Source: Takakia lepidozioides (Eukaryota; Plantae; Bryophyta). From it: a DNA stretch of 64,000 nucleotides. The stretch spans positions 74,400,001 to 74,464,000 of the forward strand of contig CM060733.1 of NCBI GenBank assembly GCA_030704615.1. Reading direction: 5' to 3'. The notes below the pieces were generated by a model that ran no database searches, was not told the DNA's origin, and was given only the letters and a program-made list of their open reading frames with translations. The first letter of the stretch is position 1. Each line of letters opens with the position of its first letter. The position numbers and the translations under genes were made by a program. This document shows positions 12,801-25,500 of the stretch, piece by piece.

Positions 12801-14284
12801 GATATAGTCGTACCCGCTCCAACTTTTCATTGTCATTAACGCTTCCACATCGCTCCCAATCCCCATTGCCGCTTTTGTCTTCTGTGTCTCGTAACGAACA
12901 CCACATCTGCTCACTGCACCCACTTCTTCCATAAGCTCCTCGAATTGCTCATCAGATAGCTTCCAACTCTCCGTTGCACCAGGAGATAACACCTTCTCCA
13001 TGACGATAGATTCAACAACAGATAGCTGAACTGATTTGGGCCTGGCTAAGGGTGACCTTTGGATCTCTTCTGCAATGGCACTTTTTGCCTTTGCTGCTGC
13101 TTCCCGACACAGCCCAGGTGCAGAGGGGTGTGAGTGGTTCCCAACATGGACGGCTGCTCTTGTCATTGTTGGTGGACCAAGAACGTAAAACATTTTCGCG
13201 GGGCAAATATGCATGCACGTGGGTGCATGATTGCACACTACGCATACAAAGGTGTTTGGCGGAACTTGGCTCTGTGGGTTGAACTATACCTCGGAGTGCC
13301 CCAACCAGTGCATCTCATTGTGCGCTCCCTCCCTGACGAAGAATGGGCACGTTCCCCGGACGCACCTCAACGCTCCAACACAGTAAACATATCTGCCATG
13401 TGAAAGTTGGTTAGTACTCGAATACGATTGTGGCACTACATGGACAAACAATGTAAGTCTACACCGACTACAAAAAGTCGTATGGCAATGTCCACCACTG
13501 AAAATGGAAACATCACCTCACAGCGCCGCCTTTTGAACCAATGAGCGGGAGCTTGATGTTGGTTGTTTTTGTGACCGTCCATGGATTCCCGTCGTATTTG
13601 CGGTCCATGCCCTCAAGCTGCCCAGCTGGAGATGTGTTCGATGTGGGCGGCAGCTCATACAAAACATCACCGTCAACGATCCTCGGCAAGCATCTCACCT
13701 TCCTTGCTTCAACATTTTTGAAATTTATCCTTCCAAGCTGCGATTTGGAGTCTAGGTGCAGAAGCTTCAGCACATCCAGTATAGATTGAGCGGGCTGTGC
13801 GAATTTAACGTTGTTGCCCATAAACTCCCCTCGCCGCAATTTTTGTGGAGGTGAAGCAGATTTTCCCGGAGTGCTCTCCCGCCTTCCACTACTGATCTAA
13901 TAACCACACACATCGCTGTCGCCACTAGAGAGCTCAATGCTCTCAGTTTTTCACCACATTAGCACCACGGACGGAAGCCAGAGTAGGATGCTCACGAGTG
14001 GTCGACAGCCTGTCTGTCGTAGCTCGGACACCAAATACTTTGTATACACCTCACCTGTAAATGGCAGAACCCATGACTTGTTCTTGCGTCTCGAACTGGA
14101 TCCAAGATGCGGGTTTCGGTGACGCCCCCTTCACTGACGTCCTCCCACCTCAACAACGAAGAGAGAGGGTCCAGATTAAACCTTCCAAGTTTACTTTGTC
14201 AAGCAGGAACACCTGGTCTCCCTGTGCCTTCACCTTCACAAGATCGGAGGACGGTGGACATTGCAGCCTCACGAACCGTTCCAT
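9803..14284 (-). pseudogene. MULE/MuDRA-type DDE transposase with N-terminal Cys/His (GCM-like) domain and C-terminal SWIM finger; spliced and disrupted
   Basis: Motifs WIMFD (D1), FMADNA (D2), CGFHW (CxxH), NMSEAVH (E) and SWIM CTCPDF..HCKH. Introns at 13393-13516 and 11144-12121, probably also 13898-14054. Lesions: TAG at 13284-13286, frameshift ~12623, TGA at 10730-10732. The start codon at 14284 is tentative. Confidence 0.88.
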
Positions 14285-17200
14285 GTTCGGCTTCTTCAAG
14301 CCTGGGTCGTGTCCGGGACTTACTTGCCGAATCTACACAGCGTGTGAGCACTAGGGCAGATGAGGAGCACATGACCTGTTGCAAGCATGCAACGCAGTTT
14401 ACGATTTCCTAACGAACTGTACGTCAACAACGGTAAAAAATAATGCAAAGGGAATATTTAATGGATTTTAGGTCGGATGAAAATCGTCTGCGCAACAACT
14501 GGCGGCGGCACGTTCAGCTGGCAACGGCCATTTCGAAACAACCATTAACCTCCTCTTTATCTGAATTTGTTCTACGCCACAGGGGGATGCCTTATTGTCG
14601 TTGCCGACCACGCCTATTTGAAAGGCATGAACATTGTGAAATAGTTAGTGGGACAGGTTTTCTTCCGTAGTCGGTACCGACTTCATAAAGTTCAAATTAA
14701 TTCCGGCGACGGATCAGGCAGATTTACATTGAATTGGAAGACGAATTGGAGTAGTCGTTGGCGACTATACCAGTTTTTGTTGAAGTCGGCCAACAGATCT
14801 GCCAAGGTCGCTAAAGATGTTCATTTCATGTGGCTTTTTTGGCAAATTGGCTGCGAACGAATAGTCGGCAGCGACTTTTGCTTAAATCGACAAGCGCTTT
14901 CCATTAATGCACTGTAGTCGCTGCCGACTTCCGTACGAACGCACAAATTTGCCTTCCAATAATTTTTTGGCTTAAATGTGCTTGTAGTCGGGACCGACCT
15001 TCAGATACTCGGTTGAAATTAAAACCATTTCCCGCATTGTGAGGGTGTAGTCGGCGCCGACAAATGTGCTTGGCGGATGTTGTGGCGGTTTGCGCCGCAT
15101 GGAGGCAGTCGATGATATCCAAGTCGGCACCGACCTTATGGAATTATTGAAATTCGTGGAAATTTACAGAGTTAAAGACAGTGAACACATCCACTTCAAA
15201 GGCATTATAGTGTATGGTCGGTGCCGACCAATTCTTGCGGATGGCATTTCCCGACTGTGTGGTTGCCAATTCAGCTCTTCAGGGATAGGCATAGGCATCC
15301 ATTACACTGCAAGGGCAAGCAAGCAAATCAACCTATGCAAGACAGATGGACAAACCATGTAACACACTAAACCATCATGCCATACACACGGGAGAAATAA
15401 TCCTCTGTTGGAAAAAATTCAATCACACTGGAGGTGTAGCAAGAGCATGAACACTCAGCCCGTGATGCTGGCATACTCACTGTTTATCAGAAGTCTGCCA
15501 TTCCTAAAGAAGATTCCGCTTCATCAACTCTACAATGCACATTTCATGCCATCAGTTCACTAGCCTGGTTCTAAAGCCACACACAATGTTCCCACATTAC
15601 CACCCACAAGAGCATGCCCTGCCATCTGGACCACTCCGCATCTCCCACCCAACCAGCTACAACGGAGAGACAAATCTCTCAAGTTCCCCAACCGACCCTG
15701 ATCCAAAACCCCTCCCCACAGTCCCTCCATTCCCATACCACAAACCATGTGATTGAGGTGATATTATTGCCTATGTCAAAATCCGTGATATTTCAAGACA
15801 GAGACTCTTTAATTTGCAAATTAGATTTAGTCATTCACATCCGGAATATGCGCTATGTGACTCATAATTTCTGCTCCTCCAGAAACTTCCACGAGCCTGC
15901 AGAGGATATTAAGATTCGGGGATATGAAGTTCCGATATGGAGTTCGGATATTAGAAGTTGATTATACCATTTAAAATGACGTTCTGCAAACCCGGACCCC
16001 CATTGCACCCAAGATTTCGTGGATATTGACATTGACAGCGTTCGATTGAACATAAATTTTACCATTCATTCCTCTTATATTTCTCATCCTAAACTATTTG
16101 GATGGAGTCCAGGCCACGTGTCCGAAATTACTGAGTCGTCTAGCGGAGTGGCAGGAGGCTATTTCTCAATTTTGGGGATGTGGCAGCCATCTCATATTTC
16201 TGACGTAGGTTTGGATGGAGTTAATTCGACGCACATTTAACATCCACATCGGATGACAACGGATGGCGTGCTTCCATGGATGGGGGATTCGATTTTTCAT
16301 CCGTTATTGCTATTTGAATTTTGGCGCAGGCCACGTGGCACATAGTCCGGTTACGGCGTGTAGCCGGCTGCGTGGCACTACCTCAATTTCGTAGGCATAC
16401 GTTACGGCCTGCGTAGGACGGGTTCTGATCCCTTTCCGGGTTCGGCAGTGCATACGGTCATGCGGATTCTCCTCTGCGGTGCCCGACTCTTCGGCTTCAC
16501 TTTCTATTTTCGAGCAGGGGAACGTTGTCGTCATGGAGCCTCAAGCGGAGGAAGAGGGGGAGTTTGTGCTGCCCACGCAAACACGCATACTGCGCGGGCG
16601 GACGGTGGTCTCCCAACAGAGCAGCGAGGGTGCTAGACCTCCCAGAAAATTAGTGAAACTTCGTAAGAAATCAACGACTTCACAGGAAGGCGGTTTGGTG
16701 TCTACAGCGGCCACACCATCGATGGATCGTCCTCCCCTCTCCCCCGTTTTTCGAAGCGGTGCATCGCCAGGTCCAGCAACGAGCGCACAGGGTGGCGGAC
16801 CTGCTCAAAATGCTGCAAGTGTGCAAGACAGTGTTCTGGCGGACGTTGTTTTGACTGGCGACATGCGGAAGCAAGCCCTACTCTCACTCACTACAAGTGC
16901 CATGAACCACACAATGAGTTCTATTTCGCACTTGCTGCGGAATGGTGCTCCGCCAAGGATACCATTATGCAGGATGCAGCCCCTCCCGGCTGTGCGCATG
17001 GCTGAGCGCCCGGGCATCAACAAGCTCAAGTTGTATTTTGAGGCGGACAGGTACAATGATGCACTTGCATCACTACTACTTTCCATCAACGACGATAGTG
17101 GACAGAGACAAGAAATCCAACAAGGAGATCGGGATGCATGGTCTGAACATTGGCAAGCAGCGGATGCAGCATTTGAGGAAGACATAAATAACACAGAGTG

Positions 17201-20200
17201 GGAGTTTCTCTCCAACAAATGGCTGCAAACCTATGACGGGAATCACAGGTGGTATGCTTGGATGGAGGTCATACGCGAGCAGCACGCAGACGAGGTGAGC
17301 TGGCACTACCGGGTGAACGCCAAGATTATGGATGTGAAGAGTTCCGATCTGGGCCTCATACGGCGTGCAATGAATCGTATGAATGTGTGAGTTTTTTTCT
17401 CCTCTTCTGCTCACATGAGCATAGGTATAGGGTTTAGCAATTGGGGGATGTCGTTTGCATGGGGTTGCAGGTCTTGCATAAGCAGTCCCAGTGGGTGCTT
17501 CGTGGGCCAATTCATTAATTAGACGTGTAGTGTGAGATGGAGTGGGAAGTATTGCCTGGTGGGAGGGAGTTCAAAGAAGATTCCCACATTGCCTCCGTTG
17601 ACAACCGCCTCGCTAAAAGTATGGTCTGCGCCGACTATACCATGGAGCCCACCCTAAACCCTAAAATCCTGCTCAGTTTTGTAGGTAGTATTTTTTTTTT
17701 TTTTCAATGTCCATGGTCACATGAAGGTCTTGTTTCCGTGCGTTTTGCAACGTGACAGATCGTGGAAATGTGTCCAACAGCTTCCGCACAAGCTATTCTA
17801 CTTCCAAAAGTGCGCAACTACATTGTTGAGCAGTACCAATCAATCAGCTCTTCCAGCGGACGTCTACGAGAAGTGCTTGAACAAGCGGGATGGGAACTGG
17901 ATGACAATGCCGCGGGACGCCCTAATAGAGTATATGGGTCAGGAGGGATTCCGTAGAATTAGAAACGCCTGCTTGGATGCCCATGCCCACCTGCCTGCCA
18001 CCGTTGAGAACACCGACCTCATCCGGAAGAAACTGGCAAGCGATTTCCAGTGCACAGGACGAAGTGGTACACCAAAATCGCAAAATATTTCTTCAATCTG
18101 CGATCCTGCACTGGGAAACTGGCTTTCTTTTTTTTAACCACGCATTATAAGTCTCTTGCCGTCAACCAGAAGCCGGAAATGACTCTCGAGAAGTTGCAGA
18201 TGCTTGCCACGAGCGAGGTCAGCCCGAAGGAGAAGATTTTATGGTTGAAGCTGTGGAATTCTGACTCGACAACCCGCAAAAATGGAAAATTCCCCCATGC
18301 TCCAACAGATGTGGTGTTTGACTTGTGGTGCGACAAAATGACATGGTGGTTCCAGGTGAGATGTTGGCAATACTAGTGGTGGCTTCATGTTACAGTTATT
18401 GCAATTTCTCATCTCTAACAATTAACGTGGTGGACTCGCAGCAAAAAGAGGAAGCAGAGCGGCAGTTGGCCATGCTGGTTGAGAAAGGGTTCCTGCAGCT
18501 GCCAACCCAGGAAGAGGCTCCCACTCTGAAGACCCTCTCTGTCTGGGTGGACGATTTCCGCCTCAAGTTCTGGAAGGAGCTATTCTGGTGCGAGATGAAT
18601 GATGGGTCTGCCCGCAGTTGGCCAATTACTGAGCAGCCTGGTGGAACTTTACCAGCTCGCAGGCTCCTATACAGGTACATAATTGTCAATGCAATTCATC
18701 CACCCTCCGCATATGCCATACAGCAAAATGGGTGTGGGAAGTAGCGGTCGAAAAAGAATATGTAGGCTCGTTGTAGTCGGCAAACATTCCGGTAGTCGGC
18801 AGTAGTGTTGTTGCTCGTGGTTGGCGCCGACTATTGGGCTCAGACATTGTACTCATAGTCGGCAACGACTAAAGAAAGGCGCCATCGGGTATAGGGTAGG
18901 GTATAGGGTATTGGGTAAAGGGTAGCCATTGGGTATAGTCGGTAACGACTATACCAAGCCGGCCCTGTCGTATCCAAATTGGCCTGGTCATAGTCGCCAC
19001 CGACTATGACACAGGTTTTGCCCCTTGGGAGTGCATAGTCGCTGCCGACTATTGCAAGAGGGCCGTGACTACTGCCCGCAAATTCAAAACAAACTCAATT
19101 TTATATAGGGTAGCCATTGGGTATAGACGGCAACAACTATAGTAAGCCAGCCCTCTCGTAGCCAAAGTTGGCCTGGTCATAGTCGCCACCGACTATGACA
19201 CGGGTTTTGCCCTTTATTGGTTCATAGTTGCTGTCGACTATTGCAAATGGGCCGTGACTACTACCCGCAAATTAAAAACCAACTCAATTCAATATAGGGT
19301 AGTCATTGGGTATAGGGTATCCATTGGGTATAGTCGGCAACGACTATAGAAACACTACAACAGATTGCGGCTTTTACGTCTCTGTGTTATGACTGCAAAT
19401 GCAGTTATGGAAGCCATTTATGACTTCCTGACTCTGAAGACGTAAAAGCCTAGTCAGTTGTGACATGGCAGATATGACTCTCCAGGCTGGCTGTGACGTG
19501 GCGCCTGAGCAGCTGTGGGGGTAGTCATACACGCTGGCTTTACGAATGACTGAACGGACAGTGTAGTCCATGTCAGCGGCTGTGCAAGAGTGACACGTGC
19601 TTGATACAGAAAATGACACGTGGCAGAATGTTCGCTCTCCATGGGAGTGAACTATGACTACGGGCGTGCTAATCCGATTGCAACACGTGGCGTGTTGCAG
19701 TTTTTACATGTGGTACCTCAGCAGATTGACATGTGTCATGATGGGTGATTTTTTTGGGTATATTGCTATTTTTTTAACATATTTGTATCTCCACCACGTG
19801 GTGTAGTACTATTGGAGAGTGAAAATAGATGTAGTCATTATTATGACTATGATAGAAGTCATATACATGTCTATTACAACAATGAAATATAATATATAAT
19901 ATAAACAGGACAAGGCAGCAAAACATAACTGCGACAAGCTGAGCAAAACCAAGAGATTGTACACCATCTCTATTTATCAATCTATTTATCATTATCATTT
20001 TTGTCGCGATCTAAAAATACATAAAATAGTCACATGTTCTCGTGTGAATTATATTGTCTAACTGTAACACTTTGAAAAGTGTTCACCCAAATCTTCTAAC
20101 TACTCGTGTATTCCATCAATCTGCAACCCATCAAAAACTAGGGCTTGCATGGCTTTAAGAATCACTACAACAAGGACATCTGTTTGTTTTCCAAGTTCTT

Positions 20201-20699
20201 GCATAAGATGCACCAAGCAACATTGCATTGTGAGACACTTACTATACTCCAAAGCGTCCAGGGAAGGTCACTGAGCAACCTGCCAAGGCGGAAACAATTA
20301 AGAGAATTATCTAATACCATATATGAAAAACCCATGCCAGTGTTGTTTATGGTAACTTCTATCCCATGGACTCCTAAACAAACCAAAGCAAACAGGTTGG
20401 TGTGTGTTGGTGAAGTCAGATACTTCACAAAGAAACATGCACTAAAAATGAGAGCCAGGAGGATAGGAAGGTCACTCACGTTTTATACAAAGACGTCTTG
20501 CCCACTGCCCAGCACCCTGCGTCACCCACACTCTATCTCTACTCCTTCAGCTATCCATGCCTCTGCACAAATCAAGCATTCATCCTTGCCTTGCTGCTAA
20601 CAAATGACAATGACAGCCTACATTTGGAATAGGAAACACCCAACTCAGCGTAGCACACTAGGCGCTATGCTGAATTGCGTCTGCTACTCTCTGAAATGT

Positions 20700-21090
20700 A
20701 GCAGGCATTCACGTTTCTGCCCCGGTTGACCCATCAGTGACTGGGCTCATATAAGTATTCGTTCCACAGCTTCTCCTCATCTCTGTTACCTGTTTTTTGA
20801 TACTTTCCTGTTGTCACATTGGCAGTATCATGTCAAAGTCACTCCAAACTAGATTCACTCAACCAGCTAACTTGCAGAATTGAACATGGCAATTTAGGGC
20901 CGATTCTGATAAGAGGGAAAAACAGGGTGAAATGTGTTGAAGAAGATGTGCCTGATTTTATCACTTGTGCCGCTGCTGCCAGTTGACCATCTACCCATGC
21001 AGGTTTCTTGTAGCTATTGATCCACAGGGAGTCACAAGTAATCTTGTGCTTGAAATCTGGCCCTCTTGGATGAATCTGGACCCACACGAA
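20700..21090 (-). pseudogene. OSB-type PDF-motif exons captured in CACTA copy B
   Basis: IHPRGPDFKHKITCDSLWINSYKKPAWVDGQL in ORF 20839-21087, and a degraded KLWNEY exon near 20760. Another FLKDPSRWWDNRNRK exon lies at ~23045-23095. Confidence 0.78.
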
Positions 21091-21239
21091 ATCCCTGCTC
21101 CTTCAGCTATCCATGCCTCTGCACAAATCATGCATACATCCTCGCCTTGCTGCTAGCAGGTGACAATGACAGCCTAGAATTGTCAAAGCAAACACTAGCA
21201 GGAAAATATGTTGAAAGAGGTACCTTCACCCCTTTCCCC

Positions 21240-22520
21240 ATCATTGCTTTCAGGTCTCCAAAGCCCCACCCCGCGCTCCTGCTCTGCACACCCTGCAAGC
21301 ATCGCATTCCATGACACCACATCTCGTTCAGCCATACTCCCTTGGCATCCTCAATGCTCCCACATTTAGCATACATGGTCACCAGAGCAATGTTCAGGAT
21401 GACATCTCGTGCTCTCTCTTTTTATGTCTCTCTAGTCATTCACGGCCAGAGAAACAGCAGGATTGCGCACCTGATTGTGCAGAGGTTCAGAAACACGCCA
21501 CCATGTCACCATGGACCTGCCAGGCCAAGATCCACTCAACCAGCTAACTTGCAGAATTCAACATGAAAATTTAGGGCCGAAAACAGGGTGAAATGTGTTG
21601 AACAAGGTACCTTGATTAGCAGTGTCTGATTTTATCAATTGTGCCGCTGCTTTTGCAGCTTCCAGTTGATCATCTATCCATGCAGGACCTATGATGGACC
21701 TCTGTGCCCTTTCCCAGAGCTGCCAGGCTCGCATTGGGCATACATGTCCCCTTGGGCATAGTTCAAATGACACGTGGTTATACAATTCCAGCTTTGACAT
21801 TGACACCATGGATCTGCTCCATTTTCCAGGGCTGCCAGACTCGCATTTGGCATAGATGTCCACCAGAGCAGAGTTCAGAATGACATCTGTACATTTCAGC
21901 TTTGACAATATCACTGGGACCTGTCCGTCCATTCCACAGCTATCAGACTCACATTTGGCATACATGTCACCAAGGCAGTGTTCACAATCAGATTTGGTGT
22001 ATAGTTCCAGCTTTGACAATGTCACCACGGACCTCTACTCCCTTTTCCAGGGCTGCCAGGCTCGCCTAAACTTGTGTTCAGAATCACATATGGTACGTTC
22101 CAGCTAATTTGACGATGTCACCATGGCATCTGCTCTCTTTTCCAGGGCTGTTAGGCTTACATTTGGCATACATGTCCACGAGGGCAGTGCTCAGAATCAG
22201 ATCTGGTACAATTCCAGCTTTGACGATGTCACCATGGACCTCTTTGCCCAGTTCTAGGGCTGCCAGGCTCACATTTGGCATACATGTGCTGCATGGCAGT
22301 GCTCAGAATGACATCTAGTACAATTCCAGCCTTGACGATGTCACCTAGGAACTTTGCGCCCTTTTTCAGAGGTAGCATGCTCGCATTTGGCATACATGTC
22401 CACCAGGGCAGTGCTCAGAATCATACCTGGTACAATTCGCGCTTTGAAGATGTCACCATGGAAGTCTTTGCCCTTTTCCAGCCCGCTGCCATGCTCACAC
22501 ATGCTTTGCCCCCACAAACC
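21240..22520 (-). pseudogene. PLS-class PPR fragments including a ~112-bp tandemly amplified unit (about 7 copies)
   Basis: LAALELGKEVHGDIVKAGIVPDLILSTALVDMYAKC, DVILNSALVDIYAKC and MYAKCGSIEDA. The reading frame changes from unit to unit. Confidence 0.85.
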
Positions 22521-25500
22521 AACGTGATGTGGTCAGGTTGAAGTACACCTCCCCGTACCTGATTATAGGGGCACATAGAGGACCTTGAGGATGATCTGAA
22601 GGGCCTACCTCTACCCTTGACACTAGACCTGAAATTTAAACTCAAGTTGGGGAGTCTATCTTTGCACAAAACCAGATGTAGAGAGGTAAAGGAGATAGTA
22701 AATGTCCGACATGCCAACGGCCTGAAGACGATATCCGTTCTCTGATACAATGCCTGAGTAACATCAAAGTCACTCCAAACCACCATAGATCCACCCAACG
22801 AGCTAACTTACATGACCCATGGAGGATTTGACTGACCATGAACCCAAGAGGACCTCTTGTGTGTGCTGCTGTGTCAGTAGTCAGGTACTGTCGGATTGAA
22901 CCACCACGGTGCAGCTGAGCGGGCAGAGATTGAAACACGGCCTGCTAAGACCAAGCTGACTCTCCCAAGAAACAGGAGCCAACAACCCACATTTGCTGGA
23001 TGGACAAACTTCTTCACATCGTACATTAAGAAGAAGCCACACCTTGCGATTGCGGTTGTCCCACCATCGTGAAGGATCTTTAAGAAACTCATGCCAGCTC
23101 TGCTCCGTGCTGAAAATTCAGGGCCGAGCGGGTAGAGATTGAAACACGGCCTGCTAAGACGAAGCTGACTCTCCCAAGAATGGCGAGCTCCCAGCCGAAA
23201 CCTCCTCACACACATACCCTAGCGTTTCTAGGGTTGCTTGCTTCAGATGCGAAGGTTGCTCCAACGCGGGCCTCCCATGCATGTTTTCCCTCCCTCCCAC
23301 TCGCTCGCTGTAAGTCCCAGCCCTCTCTCTCTCTCTCCCCCCCTCCCGCTCTTACGCTGTAAGTCCCAGCCCTCTCTCCCTCCCTCCCTCCCTCCCGCTC
23401 GCTCTAAGTCTGTTCACGGCTGTCGCGATGGGCAACTTTTTAAGTTTTTTAACCTTTTTTGCAAACTATAAGCAACTTTTTGATTTCTTTTTTTTTCTTT
23501 TTTCTTTTTTTAAGGGAAACCTCAGCCCCCTTTCATTTATGGGCCATGAGACCTACAGGACGATCAGCCCAGACATACTGTCAAGAACAATCCCACACAC
23601 GTGGTAGGGCAGCCGGTTTGAAACCCGAACCACCAAGGTGACACTGTGTGCACTTACTAGCCGATGTGGTTTTTTTTTCAATCTTTTGCACTTTGATTAT
23701 TATTATTATTATTATTAAAATTCATTCTAGTGGTCAGAGTCTCCGTTTTTCCAAATATAAATACTCATATATTATATATATAACCAAAAAAACATACACG
23801 CGCAGTCATGTAGTGATTCTTCCATGTGATGATCTGGCAGAATGCATTAGAGTGAGAGTCATAAAGTCATATGTCCGTCTAGCAATATGCACACGTCATT
23901 CCAGTGTAGCCATGACCGTGACTGGTAGTCATATCCGCCATGCCAATATTCGTGGTCATGCAGTCGCATATACGCTTTTCCCTAGACCAACGTTATGACT
24001 TCAAAGGCATTTATGACTACAAATGGCATTTCTGCCACAAATCTGTCATGACTGCGCACCCATGGGAGTCATAAAAGCCGCAATCTGTTGTAGTGAAAGC
24101 CGGCCCTGTCGTACCCAAAGTTGGCCTGGTCATAGTCGCCAGCGACTATGACACAAGTTTTGCCCTTTACGAAATCATAGTCGCTGTCGACTATTGCAAG
24201 AAGGGCGTGACTTTAGCCCGCAAATTAAAAACTAACTCAATTCCATAGTCGGCATTGACTCTGTGGGTCATTCGAATCCATGTCGTATAATATACATCCT
24301 TATTCCAATATCGCCCAGCTGGGTGGTTGGCTAACCCACAGTTATGAGTCGTAGTCGTCACCGACTATGACACTGCCATCAAACTATTTGGTGTCATAGT
24401 CGCTGCCGATTACTACATTTGATGAGAGACCAAAAGATTTGGTTTTATATCCTACACTTCTCATTACTATCAGGCCAATGTCTGTCCTGACATCGACTTT
24501 TCGTGCACTGCAACAGGTACATAAACTTTTATTTGCTCGCCAACAAGCATATCAGGTGTATTCCCACCAGCGTCACACAATGGGTCAGCCGCCGATTCGA
24601 CTGCACAATGTACAACGGCAGACAGTTGGGCGAGTACGCTAAAGTCACGCATATGCCCTGCTATTGGTGGCTAGATTTGCCCACCGATATCATTCCTGAC
24701 GTTGAACTGGAAGTGTATAAAAAGTACACCAAGAACGAACTGGCTGCACCAATTCACATGGAGCCATTGACGGAAGAGGGTGCCGACGAGGCTGCAGTTG
24801 TCGCTGCCGTACACCTGCAACAAGCGAATACAGCTCTGGAAGAAGCGGTGGCCAAGAAGAAACCAAGGAAAAGGAAACAGAAACCGAAGAAGACCCCCAC
24901 CACAGGGCAGGCAACCCCCCCCCGGCACAAGGCCTGCAGGCAATCAAGGTGTGAATGGTGTGGATGAGACAGATGGTGCTCAAAGGATAGACAACCAACT
25001 AGCGTTTACAAACGCCCTACACAACTTCCAGATTGAGCGAATGAATCGATCTTCTCGAAACCCTGCTTGGGCAAACACAAGTGACGGTAGAGGCATGCAG
25101 CTCTCAACCGTGCTGCTTTACGAGGCTATCTCTTTGCAAGAAGGGGTACCAAACATAGACGTAGCATGCCTCAAGTGCGATTGGTTCCAGCTGGTCATCC
25201 GTAGGCTTGCATCCAAAGGAACAACGAGTAAGTGGCCAGAGCCTAGGGGAGATATCGACGAGTTTATGGAGAGGCACCGCTCCCCGGAGCCATTGCGTAG
25301 GGGTGGCACAGTCCCTAAAGCGGGGGCAGACCTTGTAATGGTGGATCTCCCAGACGGGAAGTCTACCAGAGGATGTGGCATAGATGACATTGTGCCCGCT
25401 TGGAATGCAAAGTCAAAGGATACCGTCCCGCATGCACTCGCACTGGCAGCATCCTTACTAAAGGACGACGGATGCCTTGTTATTTTCTGCAAGGGTGATG

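Larger units (their letters stand above)
19353..24095 (+). mobile_element. Complete non-autonomous CACTA element, copy B (4,743 bp), nested in the MULE
   Basis: Perfect 24-bp TIR CACTACAACAGATTGCGGCTTTTA. 3-bp TSD AAA (19350-19352 and 24096-24098). The flanks rejoin into one repeat unit. No transposase; carries PPR and OSB fragments. Confidence 0.96.
18770..24415. repeat. Palindrome-rich degenerate tandem array (~190-bp unit) in intron 3 of the ParB-MTase gene, split by CACTA copy B
   Basis: The unit (GGGTATAGTCGGyAACGACTATA..AAGCCGGCCCTGTCGTA..TTGGCCTGGTCATAGTCGCCACCGACTATGACAC..) starts at ~18930, ~19120 and ~19325, and resumes in register at 24099. Confidence 0.88.

Noticed and set aside
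21128-22520. Functional PPR editing-factor gene
   Set aside because: Frameshifted at most units, no E/DYW domain, and it lies within CACTA TIRs.
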